Position numbers and translations under genes: made by a program. A stretch of DNA of 64,000 nucleotides from an uncultured bacterium (lineage in GTDB: Bacteria; Patescibacteriota; Minisyncoccia; Phycocordibacterales; UBA9973). This document shows, piece by piece, positions 10,779 through 20,174 of the stretch; the stretch's first letter is position 1, and each line of letters starts with the position of its first letter. Under the pieces are notes generated by a model. The model was not told the DNA's origin, did no database searches, and saw only the letters and a list, made by a program, of their open reading frames with translations. The stretch covers positions 3,769-67,768 of the forward strand of contig CAITSA010000001.1 of NCBI GenBank assembly GCA_903894955.1, written 5' to 3'.

Positions 10779-11519
10779 TTATAAGATATTTTCAAAAGCA
10801 TAAATTCCTTTTTTACTTTTAATAAATTCTGCTGCAAACAATGCACCTTTAGCAAAACCAACTCTATTATATGCTTGGTGAGAAAGAGTAATGCCATCAG
10901 CATTACTATCAAAAATAACCTCGTGAAAACCAGGGTTTCTGCCCCCTCGAATTGAAGCAAGATGAAGTTCAGTAGGATCAATTTGTCTATTTAATTTTTC
11001 AGTTTGAATAGATTTTTTGGCTGGAAAATTTTCCAAAATCTTTCCTGCTATTTTCAAAGCAGTGCCGGAAGGACTGTCTAATTTACCTCCATGATGAATT
11101 TCAAAACCATAGACGTCATATTCTGGAAATTTAGCAAAAAGCTTAGAAGCAGAAGCTATCATTTTAAAAAATATATTGGCCCCCACTGAAAAATTAGCAC
11201 CATAAATTAATCCTATTTTATATTTCTTAACTATTTTTTTTACTTTCTCTATGTCAGAAGCCCATCCAGTCGTCCCGATAACTAAATTTTTACCAAGTTT
11301 GGCAATCTGTTCAATATTTTTTAAAACTATATCTTTGGAGGTGAAATCAATAGCAATGTCTGCTTTCTTGATCCCTTCTATATCTAACTTGTCATTAATA
11401 TTTTTAAAACTAATCGAAACAACCTCAAAGATTTCGGATTCATTACATAATGTATTAATTTCTTGGCCCATTTTCCCGTAACCAATCAAGGCAATTTTTA
11501 TTTTCTTTTTCATACTCAT
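10779..11519 (-). CDS. dapB: 4-hydroxy-tetrahydrodipicolinate reductase
   Basis: IGYGKMG, GTTGW, NFSVG, EIHH..KLDSPSGTA, FAKGALFAAEF. Confidence 0.96.
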   Translation of the reverse strand: MSMKKKIKIALIGYGKMGQEINTLCNESEIFEVVSISFKNINDKLDIEGIKKADIAIDFTSKDIVLKNIEQIAKLGKNLVIGTTGWASDIEKVKKIVKKYKIGLIYGANFSVGANIFFKMIASASKLFAKFPEYDVYGFEIHHGGKLDSPSGTALKIAGKILENFPAKKSIQTEKLNRQIDPTELHLASIRGGRNPGFHEVIFDSNADGITLSHQAYNRVGFAKGALFAAEFIKSKKGIYAFENIL

Positions 11520-11680
11520 TAAGAGTACGAGCTTTATTGCCTAAAGTTAAGTTTTTTAACATTTACCTCAAAATTATGACTTTTTGTAAAATCTGTTAAA
11601 ATAGTAATACCTGTCCCGTACTAAATTTTTGATTACGGGATATAAGAATAAAGATTATTAATTAAAATTTTAGTACTGGG

Positions 11681-12337
11681 ATGATCAAAATACAACCAAT
11701 AGTGCGAGAAATAGTGCTTGGAGAATTAGAGGCTTGTTTTGCTTTAACTAATGGCTATATGAATATGAGCAGTTATGCACATCGCATTCGTCCAAAGGTG
11801 GAGGCCCTCACCAAAAAACAAGTAACTATTACCAGCCTAGTGGTTTCTTTGTCACGCTTACGAAAAGAATTTAAAAAAGAAAAACCTCTGATCCACGATG
11901 TCACTATAAAAAATATAACCACCAAACTCCCCATCTCAGAGATAATCTACGAAAACAACAGTAAATTTATTGAGGAGCTCGAATCATTTTATAAAGAAAT
12001 AGCAGTGACTCCGGAAGACTTTTTTACCATTACTATGGGGACCGCCGAGATTGATATTCTTTGTTCTTCTAATTTAGAAAATAAAGTATTGAAACATTTT
12101 AAAATAAAACCAAAAATTATGAATCATAATTTAGCAGCTATTGGAATTTCCTATGGCTCAGAAGTTTTCGGTATGCCAAATGTTTTCTTTTCGCTTCTTT
12201 CAGTTACCGCTCGAGCCCGCATCAACATAGAAGAGCTCGTCTCTACTCCAACTGAATTAATTTTTATTATTGCTGAAAAAGATTTCAGTCAAACAGTCGC
12301 TTTATTTTCTGAACTACATCGAGAAGTTAATAAATAA
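11681..12337 (+). CDS. ACT-domain protein, putative amino-acid-sensing regulator, divergent from the dap operon
   Basis: C-terminal GMPNVFFSLL...INIEELVSTPTELIFII resembles an aspartokinase-type ACT domain; helical N-terminus. Confidence 0.65.
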   Translation: MIKIQPIVREIVLGELEACFALTNGYMNMSSYAHRIRPKVEALTKKQVTITSLVVSLSRLRKEFKKEKPLIHDVTIKNITTKLPISEIIYENNSKFIEELESFYKEIAVTPEDFFTITMGTAEIDILCSSNLENKVLKHFKIKPKIMNHNLAAIGISYGSEVFGMPNVFFSLLSVTARARINIEELVSTPTELIFIIAEKDFSQTVALFSELHREVNK

Positions 12338-12515
12338 AATTGGCAACAAAAAAAGCATTAATCTCTAAACAATCCTTTCGGAGCTGTGCTCCAAAAGTAA
12401 CAAAATATTATAGGATAGTTCCAGAAACTAATAAAAGTACCAAAACGTCCTATGCAAATTCATATAACCAAGGGCTGATTGCTTAGAGATTAATGCCTTT
12501 TTCAATTGTCAATTT
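12337..12515 (-). ncRNA. Candidate ~170-nt structured small RNA
   Basis: Long closing stem 12351-12374 / 12477-12501; its A:C mismatches on + are G-U pairs on -; internal hairpins; poly-U follows the stem on -; TATAAT on - at about 12532-12537. Confidence 0.4.
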
Positions 12516-12685
12516 TTCTTTCGCTTGATAAATTATACTACATACTTAATCAAGTAAATGCTATAATGTTGATAGCTATGTTGATACCCTGTTGATAAAT
12601 GTACCACTTTTACAATATAGCATATAAGAAAATAAATGTCAACCCCTATCGTTTACGGACAATGAAATTAAGTAAAAAAATCCTT

Positions 12686-13729
12686 ATGAAAAAAGACGAA
12701 AAAAAAGAAATAGCTGATGATTCTTTTTTAGATCAAACCCTCCGCCCTACTCGATGGGATGAATATATTGGTCAAAAACACATAAAAGACAACGTTAAAA
12801 TCTTATTGCGAGCTGCCCAAGAACGCGGGCACATTCCAGAGCATCTTCTTTTTTATGGACCTCCTGGATTAGGGAAAACTACCTTAGCGCATTTAATTGC
12901 CAAAGAAACTGGCAAGCAAATGAAAATTACTTCTGGTCCAGCCATAGAAAAAGTTGGTGACTTGGCTTCAATTCTAACAAATTTGGCTTCTGGGGACATC
13001 CTTTTTATAGATGAAATTCACAGACTAAATAAAATGGTTGAGGAAATACTCTACCCTGCTATGGAGTCTGGAGTTTTAGATATTATTATCGGTAAAGGCC
13101 CTTCCGCGCGTACTATTCAGCTTGATCTCCCCCCTTTTACTTTAATTGCTGCCACGACTCGAGTGGCCATGGTTTCTTCTCCGCTTCGTTCTCGTTTTTC
13201 GGGAGGAGTTTTTCGTTTGGAATTTTACTCTAATGAGGAAATTGCAAAAATTGTTGAAAGGTCCAGTAAACTTTTAAAAATAAATTTAGCTCCGGAAGCC
13301 TTAAAAGAAATTGCGGAAAGGAGTAGGTTTACTCCTCGTACTGCAAATTACTTTTTGAAACGTTGTCGCGATTTCGCTCAAGTGTACCCCGAAGGAAAGC
13401 AAGCTTCCTACGGGGCAGGTGAAAAAGCTATTAGTAAAGAAATGGCGAGAAAAGCTCTTGCTATGCTGGCTATTGATGATATTGGTTTGAATTCTTCAGA
13501 TAGAAAATTTCTGGAAATATTAATTGAAAAATTCAAAGGTGGACCAGTGGGATTAAAAACTATGTCAGCCGCTATGTCAGAAGAAGAAGCGACTGTAGAA
13601 GAAGTGATAGAACCATACTTAATTCAATTAGGTTTACTAGAACGCACCGCCCGCGGAAGAGTTGCGACCAATAAAGCATATGAGCATTTAGGGTTTGACT
13701 CGAAAGAAAAACAAGAAAAACTTTTATAA
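12686..13729 (+). CDS. ruvB: Holliday junction branch migration helicase RuvB (start may be 12662)
   Basis: LRP..WDEYIGQ, GPPGLGKTTLA, FIDEIHRL, ATTR, GGPVG, EPYLIQ.G..RT.RGR. Confidence 0.97.
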   Translation: MKKDEKKEIADDSFLDQTLRPTRWDEYIGQKHIKDNVKILLRAAQERGHIPEHLLFYGPPGLGKTTLAHLIAKETGKQMKITSGPAIEKVGDLASILTNLASGDILFIDEIHRLNKMVEEILYPAMESGVLDIIIGKGPSARTIQLDLPPFTLIAATTRVAMVSSPLRSRFSGGVFRLEFYSNEEIAKIVERSSKLLKINLAPEALKEIAERSRFTPRTANYFLKRCRDFAQVYPEGKQASYGAGEKAISKEMARKALAMLAIDDIGLNSSDRKFLEILIEKFKGGPVGLKTMSAAMSEEEATVEEVIEPYLIQLGLLERTARGRVATNKAYEHLGFDSKEKQEKLL

Positions 13730-13743
13730 AAAGACAAATAGAA

Positions 13744-13776
13744 AGCCACTATAAAACTAAAAGTCTTATAGTGGCT
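13744..13776. terminator. Hairpin, probable intrinsic terminator downstream of ruvB
   Basis: AGCCACTATAA...TTATAGTGGCT inverted repeat; T-rich tail on the - strand. Confidence 0.55.
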
Positions 13777-14177
13777 GGTAGATCTTTAGACCATGGTTAG
13801 GTCAAGTTTAGACACAAAAGCGTGTCTATTTTTGAAACTCTGATTTTTTGATAATAAAAACCTCCTATGTTTTTTAAAGAAGACATAGGGAACTCCTTCA
13901 CTGTGCAGTTTGTTACATTACTTTACAAAAAACACGCATAGGCAATATCTCCTTTTTCTTAAAAAGAAACGTTGTTATAGTGCGTTTTTCTTCTCTCTGT
14001 AGGGATAGATTAAATAACCCTAAAGAGTAACAATACACACCGGGTGACGGATCTATTATCATCATTTTCTTGGCACTCCCAAGAAAATGATAAAAACTAA
14101 AAGGAACTTATTTGTTTGTATACAATATCTAATCATTTAAAAATGCAAGAACTTGTTCATAATGTTAAAATTATCAA

Positions 14178-14663
14178 ATGACACGAATTTTAGGGATAGA
14201 TCCAGGATACGAACGACTTGGGGTCGCTATCTTGGAAAAGAATAAAGGTGATAAAAAAGAAAGAGTGCTTTTTTCGGAATGTTTTAAAACTTCAGCTAAA
14301 TTAAATTTTTCTGAACGATTATTTTTAATTGGCGAAGAAGTAAAAAAAGTAATAAATAAATACAAACCAGAAGTTCTTTCAATTGAAACTCTTTTCCTAA
14401 ACACTAATCAAAAAACAGTGATGAAAGTCGCAGAAGCACGCGGAGTGGTTGTTTATGAAGCTGTCAGCGCTGGATTGAAAATATTTGAAGCTTCTCCTCC
14501 CCAAATAAAAATAGCCACCACGGGTTACGGCCGAGCCAACAAAGAACAAATAACAAAAATGGTAAAAATATTAGTGGACATCGAAAAATCTAAAACCTCT
14601 GACGATGAATTGGACGCTATCGCTATCGCACTAACAGCCCTTGCTTGCCTAAAAATGAAGTAA
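14178..14663 (+). CDS. ruvC: Crossover junction endodeoxyribonuclease RuvC
   Basis: RILGIDPG, SIETLF, EARGV, IK...TGYGRA.KEQ, DDELDAIAIA. Confidence 0.96.
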   Translation: MTRILGIDPGYERLGVAILEKNKGDKKERVLFSECFKTSAKLNFSERLFLIGEEVKKVINKYKPEVLSIETLFLNTNQKTVMKVAEARGVVVYEAVSAGLKIFEASPPQIKIATTGYGRANKEQITKMVKILVDIEKSKTSDDELDAIAIALTALACLKMK

Positions 14664-14759
14664 TACTTTTAAAAACCGCACATAATTTTCTGCTGAAAAT
14701 TTGCTATGCTCGGCTCGCCAGCCTGCGCAATGCTTTTTAAAAGTATTACTTCATTTTTA
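14650..14759. repeat. Branched structured repeat, copy A
   Basis: 26-bp perfect outer IR (14650-14675 / 14734-14759) enclosing a small hairpin and CTCGGCTCGCCAGCCT. Confidence 0.85.
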
Positions 14760-14850
14760 AGTACAAGTTATCCACATTTGCTATTGCCAAGCTTTTTATA
14801 TTTTGATACAAAGTATGCATTAGTAGGAATTTAATAAAAATAAATTTTTT

Positions 14851-14976
14851 ATGTACGATGAAGATGAGGAAATAGATGGGAATTTCAAAATGGGCGTGGA
14901 CGAAGATGAACCGCTCGACATGCCTGATGATCCTGATTTTGGATTAGATGAAGAAGACCCAGACAGAGATGGTTAA
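14851..14976 (+). CDS. Small highly acidic protein (41 aa)
   Basis: MYDEDEEIDGNFKMGVDEDEPLDMPDDPDFGLDEEDPDRDG; preceded by promoter-like DNA and followed directly by a terminator-like palindrome. Confidence 0.6.
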   Translation: MYDEDEEIDGNFKMGVDEDEPLDMPDDPDFGLDEEDPDRDG

Positions 14977-15014
14977 AAAATAACCCCGTCGCTCGCGAGC
15001 GACGGGGTTATTTT
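14977..15014. terminator. Perfect 38-bp palindrome, probable bidirectional terminator
   Basis: AAAATAACCCCGTCGCTCG|CGAGCGACGGGGTTATTTT between the convergent small ORF and tyrS. Confidence 0.7.
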
Positions 15015-16210
15015 ATTACAATTTTCACAAATCTTTTTTTACCAATTTTAAGAGTTAAGTTTTCTGAAATTTTTAAGTTTACGTCTGTTATATTTTTATC
15101 ATTTAGTAAATCATGAACTGCGTTTTCTAAAACAAGTCTTCGCCACTCTCCTTTAGAGGATAAAATCTTATTTTTTACTAAAATTTCGCTCAACATTTCT
15201 CCGGTTTTAACTTTTATTTCCTTTATTTTTTCTGGAATTTCCTTTTTTTGAAAAGTATTCACAAAATTCTCTTCTGCTTTTTGGGCATCTTTTACAGAGT
15301 GATAAAAGGAGATAATTTTTTTAGCTAAAATCTTTTTAAATTCCATTGGATTTTCTCCATTTTTTAAGGAATTTTCTATCTTCGCTATTTCACTTAAGTT
15401 TAAGTCTGTTGTCAGTAAAAAATATTTTGTAATAAGTTCATCTTTTAAAGACATTATTTTCCCGAACATTTCATCTGGGGTATCAATAACAGAAATTATA
15501 TTTCCCCAAGAAGAAGACATCTTACGTCCATCTGTCCCCTCGAGCATAGAAAGAACCATAATATCTTGTTCTTTTTGCCCGTATCTTTTTTGAACAGTTC
15601 TCCCTGCTTTTAAATTAAAAAGTTGGTCAAACCCCCCAATTTCAACATCTGAATTAACAGCCACGCTATCATACCCCTGTAAAGCAGGATACATAAATTC
15701 AACCATAAAAACATCTTTACCCGCATCCAATCTTTCTTTAAAATTTCTTCTTTTTGTCATTTGTTGCACAGTAAAACATTCCAACAACTGACCTATCTCC
15801 GGAATACTCATCCCTTTGAGCCATTCAGAGTTATATCTAACTTCTACCTCTTTCATATCCAAAATAAGATTAATTTGTTCCAAATATTTTTTTAAATTAT
15901 TACTTATTTGTTCATCGGTTAGCATTGGTCTTTTTTCTAATTTATCTGATGGATCTCCAATTTTTGCAGTAAAATCACCAATAATTAAGACAATATGATG
16001 CCCTAAATCTTGAAAGGCTTTAAGTTTAAGGAGGGTTACCGCTCGGCCGAGATGAATAAAAGGACTTGTTGGGTCAATGCCAAGTTTAATTCTTAGTTGT
16101 TTTCCAGAACTTAATCTTTCTTTTAAGTCTTCTTTTATAAAAATATCTTCCACCCCTCGACTTAAAACTTCTTTTATTTTCTTTTCATCTGTTATGACTT
16201 TCACCCTCAA
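15008..16210 (-). CDS. tyrS: Tyrosine--tRNA ligase
   Basis: GIDPT, HLGR (HIGH-like), IGDFTAKIGDPS, YPALQGYD, GGFDQLFN, KMSSS, C-terminal S4-like domain. Confidence 0.96.
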   Translation of the reverse strand: MRVKVITDEKKIKEVLSRGVEDIFIKEDLKERLSSGKQLRIKLGIDPTSPFIHLGRAVTLLKLKAFQDLGHHIVLIIGDFTAKIGDPSDKLEKRPMLTDEQISNNLKKYLEQINLILDMKEVEVRYNSEWLKGMSIPEIGQLLECFTVQQMTKRRNFKERLDAGKDVFMVEFMYPALQGYDSVAVNSDVEIGGFDQLFNLKAGRTVQKRYGQKEQDIMVLSMLEGTDGRKMSSSWGNIISVIDTPDEMFGKIMSLKDELITKYFLLTTDLNLSEIAKIENSLKNGENPMEFKKILAKKIISFYHSVKDAQKAEENFVNTFQKKEIPEKIKEIKVKTGEMLSEILVKNKILSSKGEWRRLVLENAVHDLLNDKNITDVNLKISENLTLKIGKKRFVKIVIK

Positions 16211-16242
16211 ATAATACCATATTTTATGATATAATTCGACTA

Positions 16243-18792
16243 ATGAAAGGGGTATTTAAAAAAATAAAAAATTTATACAAAAACAAAAGAGCATTTAGAA
16301 ATTTATTGCTGTTGTTAACGGGTATTTTTATTTTATTAATGGGAATAATTATTATTTTATTGTCTTCTTTGGAGATTCCTGATTTTCATTCTTTTGAAAA
16401 TAGAAAGGTAGTAAATTCTACTCAGATTTATGACCGAACGGGAAAAATTTTACTTTATGACATACATCAAGATGTCAAAAGAACAGATATCCCTTTTGAA
16501 CAAATGAGTTTGAATATAAAAAATGCCACCGTCGCTATTGAAGATTCTGAATTTTACAATCATGGTGGAATACGAATAACTTCTATCATTCGCGCCATTC
16601 TTTCTAATCTATTTCATGTTGGGATAGGAGGAGGAGGTTCAACCATCACTCAGCAATTAGTGAAAAATACTCTCCTCACTAACAGTAGTGGTTTTGCTAA
16701 ATATATTAGAAAAGTAAAAGAATGGGTCTTGGCTATAAAAATAGACAACTCTATGCCCAAAGATAAAATCTTAGAGGCTTATTTGAATGAAATTCCCTAC
16801 GGTGGAAATGTTTATGGGATAGAAGCAGCTAGTAAAACTTATTTCAATAAAGATGCACAAGATTTGACCTTAGCCGAAGCGGCCTATTTGGCTTCAATCC
16901 CACAGTCTCCTAGTACCCTCTCTCCTTATGGAAAGAATAGAAGCAAATTAGACGCTAGAAAAAATCTAGTGCTTTCTAGAATGTTAGATTTGAAGTTCAT
17001 TACTCAAGAAGATTACGATAAAGCAAAAAATGAAGAGGTAGTTTTTAACCCCCCAGCAACCCAAGGCATCAGAGCTCCACATTTTGTTTTTTTTATTAAA
17101 GATTATCTTGAACAAAAGTATGGCAGTGATGTAGTAGACGGAAGTGGGTTGAAAGTTACCACCACGATTGATGCCGACCTTCAAGCTAAAGCGGAACAAA
17201 TTGTCAAAGATGGCGCCCTGCAAAACGAAAAAGATTGGAACGGAAAGAATGCTGGGTTAGTGGCCATAAATCCGAAAACGGGACAAATTTTAACCATGGT
17301 CGGCTCAAGAGATTATTTTGATAAAACAATCGATGGTAATTTCAACATAACTACAGCCAATCGACAGCCAGGATCCTCTTTTAAGCCCTTTATTTACGCT
17401 ACGGCCTTCAATAAGGGCCTTACTCCTGATACAGTACTCTTCGACCTACCTACAGAATTTCAAACAACCTGTAATGCTTATGGAAAGGCTCTAGTAGGGC
17501 ACAGCCAAAAAGATTGCTATATGCCGGATGATTATGATGGAAAATTTCGGGGACCAATGTCGTTACGAGATGCTCTAGCGCAATCAATAAACATTGTAGC
17601 CGTAAAACTTTTCTATTTAGCAGGACTTCCTGATTCATTAAAGACAGCGCAAGATATGGGAATCAGTACTTTGGGAAATAGTGGTCAGTATGGACTTACT
17701 TTAGTTATCGGAGGTGGTGAAGTTTCACTTTTGGACATGACGTCAGCTTATGGAGTTTTTGCTAATGATGGCACAAAAAATCCATATACTGGAATTTTGG
17801 AAGTGCAAGATTTAACTGGAAAAATCTTAGAACAATATCAACCTAATCCACAATATGTTCTACCAAAAAATACTACTCTAACTATTTCCGATATTTTATC
17901 AGACAACCAAGCTCGAATTCCAACCTTTGGAGCAAATTCAGCTCTACAAATACCCAACGAAGAAGTGGCAGTAAAAACCGGAACAACAAATGATAACAAG
18001 GACGCTTGGACTATTGGATATACGCCATCTATTGTGGTAGGTGTATGGGCTGGTAATAACGATAACATTCCAATGAAAAAAGGTGGAGCAGCCGTAGCCG
18101 GACCTATTTGGAATAAATTTATAACCGAAGCCTTAAAAACTTTACCAAATGAAAGCTTTGAAAAACCAGACCTAACAACCGACCCAACTAAAATAAAACC
18201 AGTGCTCCGTGGATTTTGGCAAGGAAATGAAAACTTCTTTATAGATAAAATTTCTGGAAAGTTATCCACGGCCGACACTCCGCCAGAAACCTTACAAGAA
18301 AAAGTAATAACAAACGTACATTCAATTTTATATTGGGTAGATCGAAGTAATATTTTGGGTCCGGCACCACTAGGAGGAGGAGATAATAGTGCTCAGTTTA
18401 ATCACTGGGAGATACCGGTCCAAAACTGGTGGGCAAAAAATAAAGATAAATATCCAACGACAACCTGGAGTGAAAAACCAACCACCCTGGATAATGTACA
18501 TACTAGCGCAAATCAGCCAAAGGTTTCAATTATTGAGCCAAATAATGAAACGATTTATTCACCAGATCAAAAAATAAACTTGAAAATTTCAAATTCCAGT
18601 GTTTTCCCTTTGCAGAAAATAGATATTTTTATAAATAATACTTATTTAGAAACACTGAAACCGCCTTTTAATTTTTCTTTCACCCCATCCGATTTAGAAA
18701 ATATACAAAGTGAAAATGAATTAAAATTAATTTCTTATGATACAGTTTATAACCGCAGTGAGACTAATTTAATCTTTAAAATAACGCAGTAG
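16243..18792 (+). CDS. Class A penicillin-binding protein (transglycosylase + transpeptidase) with C-terminal Ig-like domain
   Basis: AIEDSEFY, GGSTITQQLVKN, RKVKE, RQPGSSFKP, SIN, KTGTT. Confidence 0.94.
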   Translation: MKGVFKKIKNLYKNKRAFRNLLLLLTGIFILLMGIIIILLSSLEIPDFHSFENRKVVNSTQIYDRTGKILLYDIHQDVKRTDIPFEQMSLNIKNATVAIEDSEFYNHGGIRITSIIRAILSNLFHVGIGGGGSTITQQLVKNTLLTNSSGFAKYIRKVKEWVLAIKIDNSMPKDKILEAYLNEIPYGGNVYGIEAASKTYFNKDAQDLTLAEAAYLASIPQSPSTLSPYGKNRSKLDARKNLVLSRMLDLKFITQEDYDKAKNEEVVFNPPATQGIRAPHFVFFIKDYLEQKYGSDVVDGSGLKVTTTIDADLQAKAEQIVKDGALQNEKDWNGKNAGLVAINPKTGQILTMVGSRDYFDKTIDGNFNITTANRQPGSSFKPFIYATAFNKGLTPDTVLFDLPTEFQTTCNAYGKALVGHSQKDCYMPDDYDGKFRGPMSLRDALAQSINIVAVKLFYLAGLPDSLKTAQDMGISTLGNSGQYGLTLVIGGGEVSLLDMTSAYGVFANDGTKNPYTGILEVQDLTGKILEQYQPNPQYVLPKNTTLTISDILSDNQARIPTFGANSALQIPNEEVAVKTGTTNDNKDAWTIGYTPSIVVGVWAGNNDNIPMKKGGAAVAGPIWNKFITEALKTLPNESFEKPDLTTDPTKIKPVLRGFWQGNENFFIDKISGKLSTADTPPETLQEKVITNVHSILYWVDRSNILGPAPLGGGDNSAQFNHWEIPVQNWWAKNKDKYPTTTWSEKPTTLDNVHTSANQPKVSIIEPNNETIYSPDQKINLKISNSSVFPLQKIDIFINNTYLETLKPPFNFSFTPSDLENIQSENELKLISYDTVYNRSETNLIFKITQ

Positions 18793-19033
18793 GAGTTTTT
18801 TTACCAAAAGATTCTTCAAGTTTGGAAAATATTTGATTTTGTTTTAGTAAAATTTCGTTTTTATAAATAGGTTTAATATTTAAATAAATTATATTATTTT
18901 TTATTTCTATTTCTTGAGATTTTATCTCTATATTAATAACCTCAGAAATAGTTTTCCGGATAATTTCTTTTTTCCCTTCTTCCCCTAGAAGGAGATTATT
19001 AAATCTGCTTAATAAATCTTTTATCTCTATCAT
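18776..19033 (-). CDS. Small protein downstream of dnaN, possibly DciA-like
   Basis: IEIKNNIIYLNIKPIYKNEILLKQNQI resembles the DciA/DUF721 pattern; likely start ATG 19033; functional call is tentative. Confidence 0.5.
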   Translation of the reverse strand: MIEIKDLLSRFNNLLLGEEGKKEIIRKTISEVINIEIKSQEIEIKNNIIYLNIKPIYKNEILLKQNQIFSKLEESFGKKTPTALF

Positions 19034-19076
19034 GAATTCCTTTATAACCTTATGAACTTTATAACTTTTTACCAAT

Positions 19077-20174
19077 CTATCTATTCATTGGCATTATGAG
19101 ATAAGTAAAAGATGAATCAGAAACTGCAGATATAACTATCGGGCGAGAAGCTCCGGATAATTTTATAGAAACACTATCTGTCCCAATTGACTGAAAACAG
19201 TCTAAAAAATATTTATAATTGAAACCAAGTTCAATAATCTCTCCTTTAATGACTGCGTCTAAATATGTTTTATTTTCTCCAATGTCATTATTAGCAGAAG
19301 AAAGTTCAAAGATTTTTTCCTTGGGTGAAATTTTCAAATTAACTTGATTAAATTTATCTGAAAAAATATTAGAAAGTTTTAAAGCATTTAATAGATCTTG
19401 TTTTAAGACAACCACTTCAGTGGAAGAATCTTTTGGAATAATTTGCCTATAATCTGGGAAAACACCATCAATGATTCGTGAAGTTAAATATATATTATTA
19501 GAAGAAAAAGAAATTTGGTTCTTATTAAAACACACTTTTACCACACTCTTTAATTCTCCAAATATTTTTATTATTTCTCCTATATTTTTATAAGGGATAA
19601 GAATTCCTAAAATTTCATCGAGTCCTTTTATTTTAACCTTTTTCTCAGCTAGTCTAAAAGAATCCGTCGAGACAAAAACTAAATTATCATCATGGGTATA
19701 TATAAAAACACTGGAAATTTCAGATTTTATATCAGAAACAGAAGAACTATAGTAAACTGATTTTATACCATCAACTAATTTATTTGATTCTATTTCAAAA
19801 CTATTTCCATCAACTATTGGTATAGTTGGAAAATCTTCATAAGGTTGACTTTTAAATTTTATTTGACTTTTTTTTGTTTTAATTAATAAATTCCCATTTT
19901 GTTCTTCAAGTTGTATGTTTTCGTTTTGAGAAACATTAGAAAAAACAGCGTTTAGTATTGAACCAGAAATAGCCACAGTGCCTTCTTTTTCTATTTTGGC
20001 TGGAATTTCAATTTCAATACCAAGACTTAAATTAGTGGCTCTAAGTTTTAACAACCCATCAGAGGCAATAAGTAAAACAGAACTTAAAATAGGTAATGTT
20101 AGATTTTTACCAGTAATTCTCTCTACTTGAGAAACTGCACTTTTTATTTTTTCAATTGAACATTCTATCTTCAT
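19077..20174 (-). CDS. dnaN: DNA polymerase III beta clamp
   Basis: LPILSSVLL, ATNL, STDSFRLA, SRIIDGVFPDY, FNYKY, YLIMPM. Confidence 0.97.
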   Translation of the reverse strand: MKIECSIEKIKSAVSQVERITGKNLTLPILSSVLLIASDGLLKLRATNLSLGIEIEIPAKIEKEGTVAISGSILNAVFSNVSQNENIQLEEQNGNLLIKTKKSQIKFKSQPYEDFPTIPIVDGNSFEIESNKLVDGIKSVYYSSSVSDIKSEISSVFIYTHDDNLVFVSTDSFRLAEKKVKIKGLDEILGILIPYKNIGEIIKIFGELKSVVKVCFNKNQISFSSNNIYLTSRIIDGVFPDYRQIIPKDSSTEVVVLKQDLLNALKLSNIFSDKFNQVNLKISPKEKIFELSSANNDIGENKTYLDAVIKGEIIELGFNYKYFLDCFQSIGTDSVSIKLSGASRPIVISAVSDSSFTYLIMPMNR

